A DNA stretch of 64,000 nt from an uncultured Nitrososphaeraceae archaeon (GTDB lineage Archaea; Thermoproteota; Nitrososphaeria; Nitrososphaerales; Nitrososphaeraceae). Both the position numbers and the translations under genes were made by a program. The notes beneath the pieces were generated by a model. That model searched no databases. It had not been told where the DNA came from and saw only the letters and a program-made list of their open reading frames with translations. This document shows positions 28,071-39,466 of the stretch, in pieces. How positions within the stretch are numbered: position 1 is the first letter of the stretch; each line of letters starts with the position of its first letter. The DNA lies in assembly GCA_963837175.1 (NCBI GenBank), contig CAWIMJ010000022.1:18826-82825 (forward strand), written 5' to 3'.

Positions 28071-28638
28071 ATATAGAAACAGAAACCGTACTCTTTCTAC
28101 TTAGTTGTGTGTGGGATCTTGTCAACCTATAGCGATTTCTACTCCTTTTACTCAAATTCAACGATGAGAGCAATAAAAACATCAATAATTACTTTCTAGC
28201 TAGTTATTAGTTTGCTGAACAAAGCCATCTAGCTATATCTCTAACTAACTGAATGAATTGTTCTATTGGTGCAGTAAGAATGAGTCACGTTAGATCAGGA
28301 ATTATCTTCAGGTCTCTTTCTTCAAGCAGCCAAGATCCACTGCAAGTTTTACTGTGATTGTTGTACATTTTTACATCTAATAAGTTCATTTAACTACTGT
28401 TGTTGTTGCTGTCGTTGGGATAGTTGTCGGTGTTGTTATTGTTGAACTTATTATATTATTTGATGAAAGAATTTTTGTTTCTTTTATTACTACTGCTTTC
28501 TTTTCTCTAGTAATAATATCATCTTCTTCTTTTTCTTTCTCTTTCCTATCTTTACTTTTATTATTAGTATCCTTATCGCTATTCTTGTTCTTGTTTCTGT
28601 TATTATTATTGCTACTACTATGATGACTGAAACGTAGA

Positions 28639-29511
28639 TCAGAGATACCTTTTCTCTAATTCCAAATATCTCTGTAAATCCACGAGTTTATTAAATTCTT
28701 TGAATGTAACCATCATTTTACGTCCTCGTTTTGTAGCGCCAGTCTTTCTTAACTCAGTAAACACTTCTCTTATGGCAAATGCTGCTGCATATAATCCTGA
28801 TAATGGAAATACTGCAATTCTATAGCCCATTTTTAATAGCTCATTCGCAGACAAATTAGGTGTTACTCCCTCTTCTATCATATTTGCTACTAATGGAGCA
28901 TCTATTTCATCAGCTATTTTTTTCAATTCCTCCACTGTTTTAGGAGCCTCAACAAAGATAACATCTGCGCCCATTTTACGATATTCTTTGCCTCTTTTGA
29001 TAGCTTCATCTATACCAAGTGGAGCGCGAGCATCTGTTCTTGCAACAATGATAAAATCCTTGCTTTTACGGGCTTCTAATGCTGCTTTTAATTTTGAAAT
29101 ATAATCATTTTTAGAAATCACATCTTTTCCCATCATATGTCCGCATCTTTTAGGCCATACTTGATCCTCTAGAAAAATACCATTGGCTCCTAGATTTTCT
29201 AGATCACGAACGAGTCGCCACACGCTTAAAGGATTGCCATATCCGGTGTCAACATCAACTAGAACTGGAACATTTACCGAACGTATGATCCTGCGAGCAT
29301 TGTCTACAGTTTCACCTGCATTGAGAAATCCATAGTCGGGCATTCCTAGAAGAGTAGCAGCAGAACCATATCCAGTTTGAAACATTGCGTCAAAGCCCAC
29401 TTGTTCTGCAATTCTAGCGCTTAACGCATCGAAAACTCCTGGCAATACTATGATTCTTTTCTTATCCTCAATTTGTTCTCTTAATGGTATTTTGATAGTT
29501 GATTTTTGCAT
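28639..29511 (-). CDS. Isocitrate lyase/PEP mutase family enzyme (PrpB-like)
   Basis: DVDTGYG, EDQVWPKRCGH, ARTDA and ANMIE motifs. Confidence 0.93.
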   Translation of the reverse strand: MQKSTIKIPLREQIEDKKRIIVLPGVFDALSARIAEQVGFDAMFQTGYGSAATLLGMPDYGFLNAGETVDNARRIIRSVNVPVLVDVDTGYGNPLSVWRLVRDLENLGANGIFLEDQVWPKRCGHMMGKDVISKNDYISKLKAALEARKSKDFIIVARTDARAPLGIDEAIKRGKEYRKMGADVIFVEAPKTVEELKKIADEIDAPLVANMIEEGVTPNLSANELLKMGYRIAVFPLSGLYAAAFAIREVFTELRKTGATKRGRKMMVTFKEFNKLVDLQRYLELEKRYL

Positions 29512-29894
29512 TCAATCATAAAAATACAGCAGAAATTATTAAATAGTTGTTCTATTCTTTATTCAGCTAGCTTTTATTCATCGTTTCTAAATTAGGCACT
29601 ACAGAATCTCTAACATAAATGGATACCGATTTTACTCCATAATATTTTGCTTGAAATTAATCTTTCATTTAGGAATTACTATTTATAATTCATAGTTTCA
29701 TTTTCAATTGCAAAAGTCAAAAAATGGATATATAATTCAGAGAGATATCGAAGATATATAAATATAGACAACAACTTATCATTCATTTTTTCTATTGTCG
29801 TCCCATCATACAATTAGAAACATTTTACTTGTCTTTAACAAAAAATAATTTCTTTATCATTGCATTAATGGCGTCAAACAGAACAATATCAATG

Positions 29895-29923
29895 TAATAA
29901 TAATAATAATAATAATAATAATA
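29895..29923. repeat. (TAA)n microsatellite
   Basis: About nine consecutive TAA units. Confidence 0.9.
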
Positions 29924-29990
29924 TAAAAAATAAAACTTGATATTATCTTAATTTTGGGAATAGTGATGTTGCAGGAACTCGTACTTTCAC

Positions 29991-30272
29991 TTATTGTTTT
30001 CTTATTGATGCTTTTGTTTTTTTTCTTTCCACTATTTCAAATGAACCATCTAGTTGTTTTGTCACATTTATGTTACATACTCGACATTCATAGTATTTTA
30101 CTGGGGGATCATGACTAATTGAACCATTTAACCATATCATTATTGCACCGCATATAGGACAATTCATCGTCATATTCCAATTTTGTATATGACTATTAAT
30201 ATGTTTTTTATTAACTTCTAAAAAATGAATAAACCGGTCATAAGAATTATTATCAAAACCTAAGAAACTCAA
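29991..30272 (-). CDS. Small zinc-ribbon protein
   Basis: CPICG...YECRVC; the true start is probably an internal Met. Confidence 0.7.
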   Translation of the reverse strand: MSFLGFDNNSYDRFIHFLEVNKKHINSHIQNWNMTMNCPICGAIMIWLNGSISHDPPVKYYECRVCNINVTKQLDGSFEIVERKKTKASIRKQ

Positions 30273-30659
30273 GCTATAACTTGGAGAACATCATAGAACA
30301 AAAAAAGTAGAGACTATCTACAGAAAAAGACGGGTAGATTCCTAAACGTATTTTGTTAAGCATTAGAATTATAGTCTTGTTTTGGTCTCAAAATAGATAT
30401 GAGATTTGGCATATAAGTAGAAGAATCAAAATTATTCAATCTTTTGACTGCTAGCGATTATAATCTAAATCAGGTAACAGTCTATCAAGTGATCTGTTTT
30501 CATTTCATTTCTGCATCATAGTTACCGATTGCCTGACTTACCGCATTTTTAAGTTACTCAGTCTAACTTGGGTGTAGTAAACTTAAAAATAACTTCATAC
30601 TACAATAATGATAATGAAATAACATTGAATCTTAATCTTAATATAGATCTTTTATATCA

Positions 30660-31208
30660 TTACAACTCTTCCATCATTTCTGTATAATTATTCACAACTT
30701 TGTCTACAAAACTCTCTTGGTATTTGTATAATATATTCGCAATTGCCTCTCCATCTACAACTCTATAAAGCTGACGCTTCTCTCCAGGTATTATTGATAT
30801 TATTCCAGCATCCCTAAGCCGTTTCAGATACCATGAGACGGTAGATGGAGCTTTATTCACATGGTCAACTATTTCATTAAAGATACATGAATCATGTTGC
30901 AGTATGAATATCGCCATCTTCCTTGTAACCTTATTTCTGAAATAACCAATAATATCTGATTCTTCCTTTGGAATATTGACAATATAGTATCTCGTAACTC
31001 TGTTATTGTATCTATCGATCCTTATCTTACCCAGTCTTTCAAGTATTGTCAAATGATAACTCAATACTCCATTTTTTAATCGAGTTAAGCGTAAAAGCTC
31101 CTTGTATCTGATCCCTGGAGTTTTATAAATATTTTCTAAAATAACGCTTTTGGTATCGGGCTTGTTGATGTTTCTTGAAGTTATTTCTTCCTGTCTATAT
31201 AATATCAC
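30660..31208 (-). CDS. Double winged-helix transcription regulator (COG3398-like)
   Basis: IYKTPGIRYKEL..GVLSYHL and FNEI...APSTVSWYLKRL. Confidence 0.88.
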   Translation of the reverse strand: MILYRQEEITSRNINKPDTKSVILENIYKTPGIRYKELLRLTRLKNGVLSYHLTILERLGKIRIDRYNNRVTRYYIVNIPKEESDIIGYFRNKVTRKMAIFILQHDSCIFNEIVDHVNKAPSTVSWYLKRLRDAGIISIIPGEKRQLYRVVDGEAIANILYKYQESFVDKVVNNYTEMMEEL

Positions 31209-31624
31209 GATTTATTATTCACCCTAACAAATCCAATGCCAAATAAAGTAAGCATTACAAATAGAATTAAGTGTGGTATTTCTATATTAACTACGGGAAT
31301 TATTATATTTGTATCCTCTATTTCCATCATGGAATAAGATAGGTATAGGATTTCAATTACCACAAGTGAGAAGAAACCAAGGGTCATAAATAATAGCCTG
31401 GAACTACTCTTTCTCTTGTATGCAAGCGTTGATACAACGCTTAGAAAAACTGCTATAATGAGGCTTACTATATGAAGAAAAATGTGATAAATAATATTTG
31501 TATGTGTGATGTTTGGAAGAATTACAGGTATAGCGAGTATAGCAGTTATAGATACAGATATAATTAAAAATAATTTATATTTACTAGCTGTAATATTCTG
31601 TAAAGATGCCTTTCCTGACTGCAA
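31205..31624 (-). CDS. His-containing 4-TM membrane protein overlapping the wHTH gene
   Basis: THTNIIYHIFLH, AYKR..SRLLFMTLGF and IPHL; 4-nt overlap with the downstream regulator. Confidence 0.82.
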   Translation of the reverse strand: MQSGKASLQNITASKYKLFLIISVSITAILAIPVILPNITHTNIIYHIFLHIVSLIIAVFLSVVSTLAYKRKSSSRLLFMTLGFFSLVVIEILYLSYSMMEIEDTNIIIPVVNIEIPHLILFVMLTLFGIGFVRVNNKS

Positions 31625-31660
31625 TGCCCATATTAGTAATATTTGAACTAATTTAAATAC

Positions 31661-31678
31661 TATGGTACAAATATCGAA
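31661..31678 (-). promoter_or_regulatory. Conserved 18-bp promoter motif, copy 1
   Basis: TTCGATATTTGTACCATA-GTA-TTTAAAT upstream of 31624. Confidence 0.7.
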
Positions 31679-32208
31679 GTTAACATTTAATTATTAGTAA
31701 AAATAACAAAAATTTGCATCAGATAGATTTTCCTTTATACTAAGAATCGCTACCGTTGTTATGAGGAGATCCAACATCTTTTCTTGTAAAATATATATTT
31801 TGTTAGCAGTAGAAAGAACTGAGTAAAATAACTTTACAATAACGGCCTATAATACTGTAGTATTATATTATATGTGTCTCTCTCACATATGCTTCTGTAC
31901 ATAAGTAATAAAGCTCTATAGTGCATCTTAATTTATAAACACAGTTAATTATAATATTAATAGTATAATAGAAAAATATTAAATTAAGTATGCTTTTGTT
32001 GCATTCCGAAGCTCATAATTACCATTACCTTATTGTGAAGTTAAGATGGATATCGCATTAACTACCTATTTTTACATAATAATTATTTTACCCAGTTCTA
32101 TCTACTGCTACAAAATATATATTTCACAAGAAATAAAAAATTCTTTTTTATTTATGCTGTATATATTATCTTAACGGGGATGATGAACATCAAAGAGAAA
32201 AGGACTAA

Positions 32209-32679
32209 AGCTCACGAATTATCAAGATTAATGATAATCAATCCAAGATCTTAAAACATATTGCTAAAACTCCAGGAGTTAGATATAGAGAGCTTTTAAG
32301 ATTAACAAGGCTAACCAACGGTGTACTTTCATATCATCTGAAAATTCTTGAGGAATCAAGAAGTATAAAAGTTAATAGAGAGGGGATTAAAATGACAAGG
32401 TATTATCCAAAAAATATCAAGACTAAAGAATTTCATGTTATAGCCTATACCAGAAATAGTACGGCTAGACAGATAATACAATTATTGCTTAAACAAGGCC
32501 ATTCTACTTTTAAAGATATTGTAAAACACACAAACAAAGTACCATCCACAATATCATGGCATCTGAAAAGACTTGAGAACGGGAAAATTATCTCAGTTAG
32601 TCACAAGAAATTTCATGTATATAGAATAAGGAATAAAGAGAAAGTAGGCGAAATAGTTGCCAAATATACAAATATATAG
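32209..32679 (+). CDS. Third COG3398-like wHTH regulator; 5' end disrupted or non-ATG start
   Basis: The frame is open from 32209 (ILKHIAKTPGVRYRELLRLT..GVLSYHL), a paralog of 30660-31208. In-frame TAA at 32206. Confidence 0.75.
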   Translation, partial: SSRIIKINDNQSKILKHIAKTPGVRYRELLRLTRLTNGVLSYHLKILEESRSIKVNREGIKMTRYYPKNIKTKEFHVIAYTRNSTARQIIQLLLKQGHSTFKDIVKHTNKVPSTISWHLKRLENGKIISVSHKKFHVYRIRNKEKVGEIVAKYTNI

Positions 32680-33127
32680 ATAAGTAGAATACCAGTTAAT
32701 AAATAAAAGCTTATCTTAACTTAAAGAAGCCTATAACATCTATATTATTTATATAATACTCCTCCAAATTGTAATACAATCTCTTGGGATAACCTTTTGT
32801 ATAAATCGAACATGCTATTATCACACCTATTATTGAAATAATTACGCAGGTATTCCTAATAGACCCAGTTTGAAAAATTTAGGGAAATCAAATAGATCGA
32901 CCTAACCCCAATTTAACTACAAATGCTATTATAATCGAAGACATAAACTAATGTGCATTTAGCTGATGATAGACATCGCATTTTACATTCAATAGATAAA
33001 ATAATTCATCCCATTAAGGATTCTGTAAAGTCATTATCTCATAGTATATGTATAATGTCTAGCACAATGAGACTAAGAGTTTACAGTATCACAAAATAAA
33101 GAAAATGATATGTATTAGTCATCATTT

Positions 33128-33913
33128 TTATTGAGGAGCTTTAACTGTTACCTTAAAAGAGTGATTTAGATCATATGCCCCATTTCTTTGTACAATAATC
33201 TTGATATCCCATTCACCAGGCTGGCTAATATAACCTCCCTCAGTGCCATATACTCCATTTTCAAGTTTATGCAAATTTGCAACAATTGGTCCTATTCCAG
33301 CTTGTTTGTCATTAAATTGCATTATGACATTCTTTATATTGGTAGGAGCCTTGCCTGATGCATCAGTAAGTGTTACATTGAATTTATTATTTATACCAGC
33401 ATACAATGGACTTATTTTATATTGCAAAGTTATATTATCGATCGTAACTTGATCGGAGAATGTATTATTTTTATTTGATAAGTTAGTTTGAGCAGCTGCT
33501 GCCTGTGCAGGTTTTATGGTAAATACATAAGAACCTTTTGTTATGTGTCCGTCATCACGAGAGAATGCAAGCCAGGAGACAGTATAAACTCCAGGTGTAA
33601 GTTTATTCTTATCTAGTGTAACAGTAGCTTGTCTACCATTTTGCCCTGTAATTGCATAATCATTATTATCTACCCGATTATTTTTGGCATCTGTTACATG
33701 TATATAGCTTGCTTTTGGTTCTGGCCTTTCTGAAAATGATATTACCACTTTTGTTGGCAGAGATCCATTTTGTACAATAATAGAATTTATTGCTGGAGAA
33801 TATGACACAGGAGATGCGTGACCATAAACATTACTTGAAAATGAGCTCACAATAACAGGAACTAGAAGCAATGTGATTATTGCATGACTTAGTGAAAAAT
33901 AATTTTTTTGCAT
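33128..33913 (-). CDS. copC: CopC domain plus YtkA/FixH-like Ig domain
   Basis: VYG|HASPVSYSP, FSE and YTVSW...DDGH motifs; C-terminal GIGPI..G.Y..QPGEWDI. Confidence 0.88.
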   Translation of the reverse strand: MQKNYFSLSHAIITLLLVPVIVSSFSSNVYGHASPVSYSPAINSIIVQNGSLPTKVVISFSERPEPKASYIHVTDAKNNRVDNNDYAITGQNGRQATVTLDKNKLTPGVYTVSWLAFSRDDGHITKGSYVFTIKPAQAAAAQTNLSNKNNTFSDQVTIDNITLQYKISPLYAGINNKFNVTLTDASGKAPTNIKNVIMQFNDKQAGIGPIVANLHKLENGVYGTEGGYISQPGEWDIKIIVQRNGAYDLNHSFKVTVKAPQ

Positions 33914-33947
33914 ATGAGATAAATATGTATATCTCAGTCTTAAACTT

Positions 33948-33965
33948 TATAGTACATCTCTCGAA
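33948..33965 (-). promoter_or_regulatory. Conserved 18-bp promoter motif, copy 2
   Basis: TTCGAGAGATGTACTATA-AAG-TTTAAG upstream of 33913. Confidence 0.7.
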
Positions 33966-34229
33966 TATTGAATAAAAGATATTATAAAAATTATAAAATG
34001 GATAATGTACTATCATCTTTCTATCTCTGCAAAAAGGTACCTGATGCTCTTATCATGCAATATATATTAAAAAACATGCTGAAGTAATTATCATTATTTT
34101 GCTGTTGCTGCAATGATAATTGGACTAATTTTATGGAATAGAATAAGATAAAAAAACTCATTAGAGCAGCATCATACACCCTACAATTCTTATTAAATAA
34201 AAAGACAACAGACTGAATATATATCTAAA

Positions 34230-34952
34230 TTAAGTACTTTTGCGAGAAAATGCCACGACTGCTATAACAATTCCTGCCACACCAACTCCCATTCCCGTTA
34301 TACCTATCAGGAAGGATTTATCTGCTGTCTTTTTCACATCTTGAAATGATTTCTGTATATTTGCATCATTTTTAGCTAAGGTATCTATATCACCTTTAGT
34401 AACATCAATATCGTTTGTTAATTGGCTGAGGATTCTTTCAACTTCTGCTCCAATGCTAGTGGCAGGAGTATTAGTATTAGTACCCTCACCAGTATTGCCA
34501 GAATCTGGAAAAGAGAGCTTTTGCTTACTTTCTACATCATCTAGGGGTATTTCAGCATTGACAATACTCTGTCCTTGTAATGTTCCATTCAATACCAAAC
34601 TATAAGATCCTAGTCTTGTTGGAATCATCTCAGCTTGATATAGTCCTGCTGACTGTTCTGATGGTTTAAAATCAAGAGTCTTTGTTACTCCACCGTATTT
34701 TACCAAGATATACATTTCAGCTAAGGCATTTCTTACTGGTGTAGAATTGCTCTCAGTTCCTTTGTTTACTTGAACAATAGCATTATTTATTTCACCAACA
34801 AGTGATGGCTCGTTACTCCAACCTACCTCCACTGTAAAATTACCAAATGTCTTTGATATGTGAGCATATACAGGAACCTGAGTACTAGATGCAAAAACAG
34901 TAATCAGCAATAACACAGCAATGATCATCAAGGGTATTATAATAAATTTCAT
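34230..34952 (-). CDS. Membrane-anchored exported protein with mature N-terminal His
   Basis: VYA|HISK, VGWSNEP, coiled-coil stalk, C-terminal TM; paralog of 45449-46117. Confidence 0.85.
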   Translation of the reverse strand: MKFIIIPLMIIAVLLLITVFASSTQVPVYAHISKTFGNFTVEVGWSNEPSLVGEINNAIVQVNKGTESNSTPVRNALAEMYILVKYGGVTKTLDFKPSEQSAGLYQAEMIPTRLGSYSLVLNGTLQGQSIVNAEIPLDDVESKQKLSFPDSGNTGEGTNTNTPATSIGAEVERILSQLTNDIDVTKGDIDTLAKNDANIQKSFQDVKKTADKSFLIGITGMGVGVAGIVIAVVAFSRKST

Positions 34953-35085
34953 TTTAGTATTGAAAAATACATATTGTTATATTATCATTTACGAAGAATC
35001 TTGATACTAATCTTTATTGTCTTTCATCGAAAATATACTATAAAAGGTAAAAATGCTATAAACTCAATACGCTATATACATTATT

Positions 35086-38000
35086 ATGAGAAGACATTTT
35101 GGAAGGTTACATTTCCATCATATCTTATGTCCTGTTATAGTGATTGCAGTATTATCAATTTTAATGTTAATTTCTTTACCATCCATACCTAAATCATATG
35201 CTCATGCTTTTGTAATGAATAGCAATCCATCGCCTTCACAAACTTTAGAGTCACCACCGACAAAAGTCGAAGTTTACCTTAGTGAACCAGTTGATCTAAG
35301 ATACAGTAAACTGAGTGTTATAGGTCAAGATGGAAAGCAGATAGACAACAAGAATGTACAATATGTTAACGGGGATCAAACTGCATTAACTGTTACTCTT
35401 CCCCATGATATTAAGGATGGATTGTACACAGTCTCTACAAAAATGCTCTCTCAAATAGATGGTCATGTTACAGACAATGCTTTTGTATTTGGAGTAGGTG
35501 AGGCAGAAATTCCAAATAATATTTCAAGTGAAGGTCTACAGTCTTCTTCTTCTCAACTATCAATACTTGATGCAATTGCAAGGTTCCCTGCATTGGTCGG
35601 TCAAGTCATGATTGTTGGTGCAGCATTTGCAAATCTATGGTTATGGAGACCTATGTCTAAAATTAATTGGTTGAAAAGTGCTTTTGCACAAACAAGGAAT
35701 AGAGTTGACAGGAGTTTAATAAAATTGATAGTAGTTGGTTCTGTTATACTAGTTTTATCTGATTTCGGCATGATTTATGTTCAAGCCTATTCCATCAATG
35801 CGGGAATAGCTGATGCTATTGCCACGAAGTTTGGCACTATATGGATTGTTAGAACTTTAGAATCTTTTGTAGTACTTGTTATTGCAGTAGTTATACACCT
35901 AAAGTTAAAAAAAACAAATTCTACAATTCCATCTAAGCAAGATATTTTGAGTATATTAGTAGTTGGCCTTGCAATGCTTGCGACTACTACTTTGATTGGA
36001 CACAGCTCTGCTGTTGGTAATGTAATACCAATTGCAATAGATTTTATGCATAATTTAGCAGCCTCGATATGGATTGGTTCTGTTATTTACCTCGCCTTTG
36101 TTGTAGTTCCAAAAATAAAGCAAGCACCTCTCGAGGAACACGTAAAAGCTTCAGTATTGTCAATCATAATTCCAAGATTTTCAACTATCCCGGTAGTGAT
36201 ACTAGGAATAATAGTAATTACAGGACCATTTCTGTTATACATTCTCGAAACTAATCTTGACTTAATTTTAGCATCTTTGTACGGAAAAGCGCTTATAGCA
36301 AAATTAGTACTCGCTGCAGTAATGATCAGTATCGGAGGATATAATCAGACAGTAATATACAGACAAGCCCTGAAGGTTGCTGCTATTGCTATGACTACTT
36401 CATCATCATCAACATCAATAACAACATCACCACCGACAAGAACTCTTAGTACTAGTAATAGAAGCAGCTCACTGAAAAGAAGACAAGGAGCACCCAAGCA
36501 AACACAAAATAACAATGACAAGGAATTGCCATCATCTTCCTCTTCCTCCTCCTCTTCTAATTCATACAGACATTATATTTCAAAGATGTCTACTGTTTCA
36601 AAATTAAACACGAGTACAAAGATTGAAGCAATTGTCGGAATCCTTCTACTTGTAGCTGTTGCTGTATTGGTTAATACAGGGTTGCCAGCAAGCGAGTTCC
36701 AGAACCAACAACAGATAATACAACAAAAGATACAAGCAGAGGCTCAGACTTTGTCCTCAAAAAATATAAAATACAACACATTTACATCTACAAAGTTCGT
36801 AGAAAATGGCACTAGAATCAAGCTATCAATAGATCCGTTTACTCCAGGTAATAACAATTTCAAAATATCATTTTTAGATCAAGACAGAAATCTTTTAGAT
36901 ATAAAGTCTGTGAAATTGAAACTAACCCAAATAGAACAAGGTATAGGTCCAATTGAAGTAGACACTAAACAGATTTCTAAAGGAATATTTTCTGCTAATG
37001 CTGCTTTTGGTTTATCTGGAGAATGGAACGTACTGGTCGAAGCATTTCAGAATAAGGCAAATTCGCTCAATGTTGTTGCAACCTATAATTTATTTGTGAA
37101 ACCCACGCTAGATCAAATGAAGTTTAATGTAAGGGAATTTAGAATAACTGGTAGTAATAATGATAGCCAACCTTTGTACCCTCTCTATGATAATAGTCGT
37201 AACGTAATATGGGTTGGAGATACAGTAATTGATAGCGGTAGAATATTTGAATTTAGCCTAAATTCAAATAAATTTACAGAACATAATATCAATGATACTA
37301 GTATTGTAACTGTTATGGCTTTGGACCATAATAATCAAATATGGTATGCTGACCCTTTAATGAGACACCTAGGACATTATGATCCAAATACCTATACAAA
37401 CCAAATATACAAAATTCCAAGTCCAGATTTCAGTCCATCTGGTATAGCCATAGATAGGAGTGATAACGTATGGCTTACATCTGCAAACACTAGTAGTATA
37501 TTGAGGTTTAACACTCAAGCTAAGAACTTCACAACCTTTCAGTCTCCAACTACAAATATAACTGCTGCATTAGATATTATGATAGATCCTTCAGATCAAA
37601 TATGGATTGCAGAAGGAGTAGGAAAACTAGCCAATATAGATCCAGCTAACAACTTTAATGTTACTGAATATTCTCCAAAAGGCAAAAACAATACCCTAGT
37701 TAATCCTATAGCATTGCTTGCTGATCCTATTACCGGCGATATTTATATATCGGAACATGATGGATATGCAGTATCAGTTTTCAATCCAGTAATAAAGACA
37801 TTTAAAGAATATCTACCTCTTAATTCAAATGGTAAGCCATTTGGAATGGCACTAGATAGCAATAAAAATTTGTGGATTGCTGAGCAAACTATAAACAAAA
37901 TAGCAATAATAGATCCCCGCACTGGTGAACATAAGGAAGTAACAATACCTTCACCAAGTCCATTCATCCAATGGCTAACTTCAGATTCCAGAGGGAACAT

Positions 38001-38298
38001 ATGGTTTGCAGAGCAACGAGGAGATTCCCTTGGTGTTATAACAATCAATGCTAATCCTTTACAATCTGGCTCCCCAGCAGGAGATACTACTGCTAATAGT
38101 TTAAGTAATAACAATCAATCCAGCAGTAATGGATATAATGGTTTTATTCCTCATCAATATGGTTTTAATTATACTGAAATCGTTGGTCCTGCAGTAGCTG
38201 CAGGTATAATAGCCAGTGCATTATTTTATACAAAAAGCATTACTGATTTAAGAAATAGCATGAAGCAAGCAAATAAAGGCGTTAACAGCAAGTGTTGA
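35086..38298 (+). CDS. CopC-CopD-YtkA-like-beta-propeller (Vgb/NHL-like) fusion with C-terminal TM
   Basis: SYA|HAFV...DGH, GHS and HNLAASIWIG, GEWNV, and repeated P.G.A.D...N.W.. blades. Confidence 0.9.
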   Translation: MRRHFGRLHFHHILCPVIVIAVLSILMLISLPSIPKSYAHAFVMNSNPSPSQTLESPPTKVEVYLSEPVDLRYSKLSVIGQDGKQIDNKNVQYVNGDQTALTVTLPHDIKDGLYTVSTKMLSQIDGHVTDNAFVFGVGEAEIPNNISSEGLQSSSSQLSILDAIARFPALVGQVMIVGAAFANLWLWRPMSKINWLKSAFAQTRNRVDRSLIKLIVVGSVILVLSDFGMIYVQAYSINAGIADAIATKFGTIWIVRTLESFVVLVIAVVIHLKLKKTNSTIPSKQDILSILVVGLAMLATTTLIGHSSAVGNVIPIAIDFMHNLAASIWIGSVIYLAFVVVPKIKQAPLEEHVKASVLSIIIPRFSTIPVVILGIIVITGPFLLYILETNLDLILASLYGKALIAKLVLAAVMISIGGYNQTVIYRQALKVAAIAMTTSSSSTSITTSPPTRTLSTSNRSSSLKRRQGAPKQTQNNNDKELPSSSSSSSSSNSYRHYISKMSTVSKLNTSTKIEAIVGILLLVAVAVLVNTGLPASEFQNQQQIIQQKIQAEAQTLSSKNIKYNTFTSTKFVENGTRIKLSIDPFTPGNNNFKISFLDQDRNLLDIKSVKLKLTQIEQGIGPIEVDTKQISKGIFSANAAFGLSGEWNVLVEAFQNKANSLNVVATYNLFVKPTLDQMKFNVREFRITGSNNDSQPLYPLYDNSRNVIWVGDTVIDSGRIFEFSLNSNKFTEHNINDTSIVTVMALDHNNQIWYADPLMRHLGHYDPNTYTNQIYKIPSPDFSPSGIAIDRSDNVWLTSANTSSILRFNTQAKNFTTFQSPTTNITAALDIMIDPSDQIWIAEGVGKLANIDPANNFNVTEYSPKGKNNTLVNPIALLADPITGDIYISEHDGYAVSVFNPVIKTFKEYLPLNSNGKPFGMALDSNKNLWIAEQTINKIAIIDPRTGEHKEVTIPSPSPFIQWLTSDSRGNIWFAEQRGDSLGVITINANPLQSGSPAGDTTANSLSNNNQSSSNGYNGFIPHQYGFNYTEIVGPAVAAGIIASALFYTKSITDLRNSMKQANKGVNSKC

Positions 38299-38793
38299 TT
38301 ATTAAGGCATAGGAGTAGTTAGTTGGTGTGCATTCTGCCGTATATCATGACGACTTTTAAGGAATTGCTTTTAATCTTAATGTTTGTTTTATATGTTATG
38401 TATATATTTATTTTTTGAAGGATACTACCTGTATCTTAATATAAAGAAGGGCTCTTTTAACTTTGCCATTATCAGTTAAGACTGCTATGAGTTTAACTCT
38501 ATCTGTTACCATATATAGAGATCAGTATATAGAGACACAAAATATATCCCGTATGCTATTACAGCTAGGCATGCTTCAGCTATAGACTATACCAATAAAA
38601 GAATTCACTTAAATTAACGAAGCCTAAATCACTCACTGCTACTTAGAAGAAGCATATTGGCAATAATAATAGCAGAGCAACAACAAGTATCGATAAAAAT
38701 TAATATGAAATAAAATGAGATGAGAATATCATCTTGTTGTAATTTTATAGTAATTATTTTTTATAATAAGATCGCTCTTCCTATTTTGACTTT

Positions 38794-39415
38794 TTATTGG
38801 CCCATTGCTGCAGTAGCGTTAGGGCTGATGTCATCTGCTGATTCATATTCTTCATACAAATGCAAAATTTTATCGACACCTATGGCCACTGTACCTCGTA
38901 TCTGGTAACTTTATATCATCCACTCCTGGATTTTTAATCACTATATCTGTAATTATAAATCCACCTTGTGGAGGCAAATCTATATGATACATGCATAGCT
39001 TACCTGGAGTTGATAGATTTTGCACTAGTTTTAATTCAGCTGGTTGTAGTTCAGGTATGGATCCTGTAAGTACAGTCAATGTAGAATTTGAATTATCATC
39101 ACATGGTATCTTTGCAGTGATATGTCCATTAACTATTGCATATGGTGCACTATCATAAAGTTGAATAAAACCACCTGCAGGAATTGTTTCATTTGAAAGG
39201 AGAATTGTAGAAGAGTCCCTTACTATTGTACCTTGCTGTTGTTTTGAACTTTCCTCTGCTATGCTACTAGGTTCTTCCATGGTGGTAGTATTTGTAGTTG
39301 TATTTGTAGTAGTCTCTTGTGCTACCGCAATATCTACAACTCTGTTTAACATAAAAACCATAGAAATTATAACTGCTATTAAAATGCCACTAACGAAAAA
39401 TCTTTTGTTTAGCAT
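38794..39415 (-). CDS. Exported His/Cys protein, paralog of 42944-43444, with a 1-nt frameshift near 38895
   Basis: VRDS, LYDS.PY.IVNGHI.AKIPC and LCMYH motifs. The shifted frame continues TVAIGVDKI, matching the paralog's TVVVGVNEI. Likely start ATG at 39415. Confidence 0.8.
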
Positions 39416-39448
39416 TAATGAATGGTCGTAGACATCATTTTTAAACTT

Positions 39449-39466
39449 TGTAGTACAACCATAAAA
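39449..39466 (-). promoter_or_regulatory. Conserved 18-bp promoter motif, copy 3
   Basis: TTTTATGGTTGTACTACA-AAG-TTTAAAA. A back-to-back plus-strand copy, TTCTATAAATGTACTATA, lies at 39471-39488. Confidence 0.6.

Noticed and set aside
28200-28630. Low-complexity reading frames downstream of the PrpB-like gene
   Set aside because: No start codon, multiple stops and no assignable motif.
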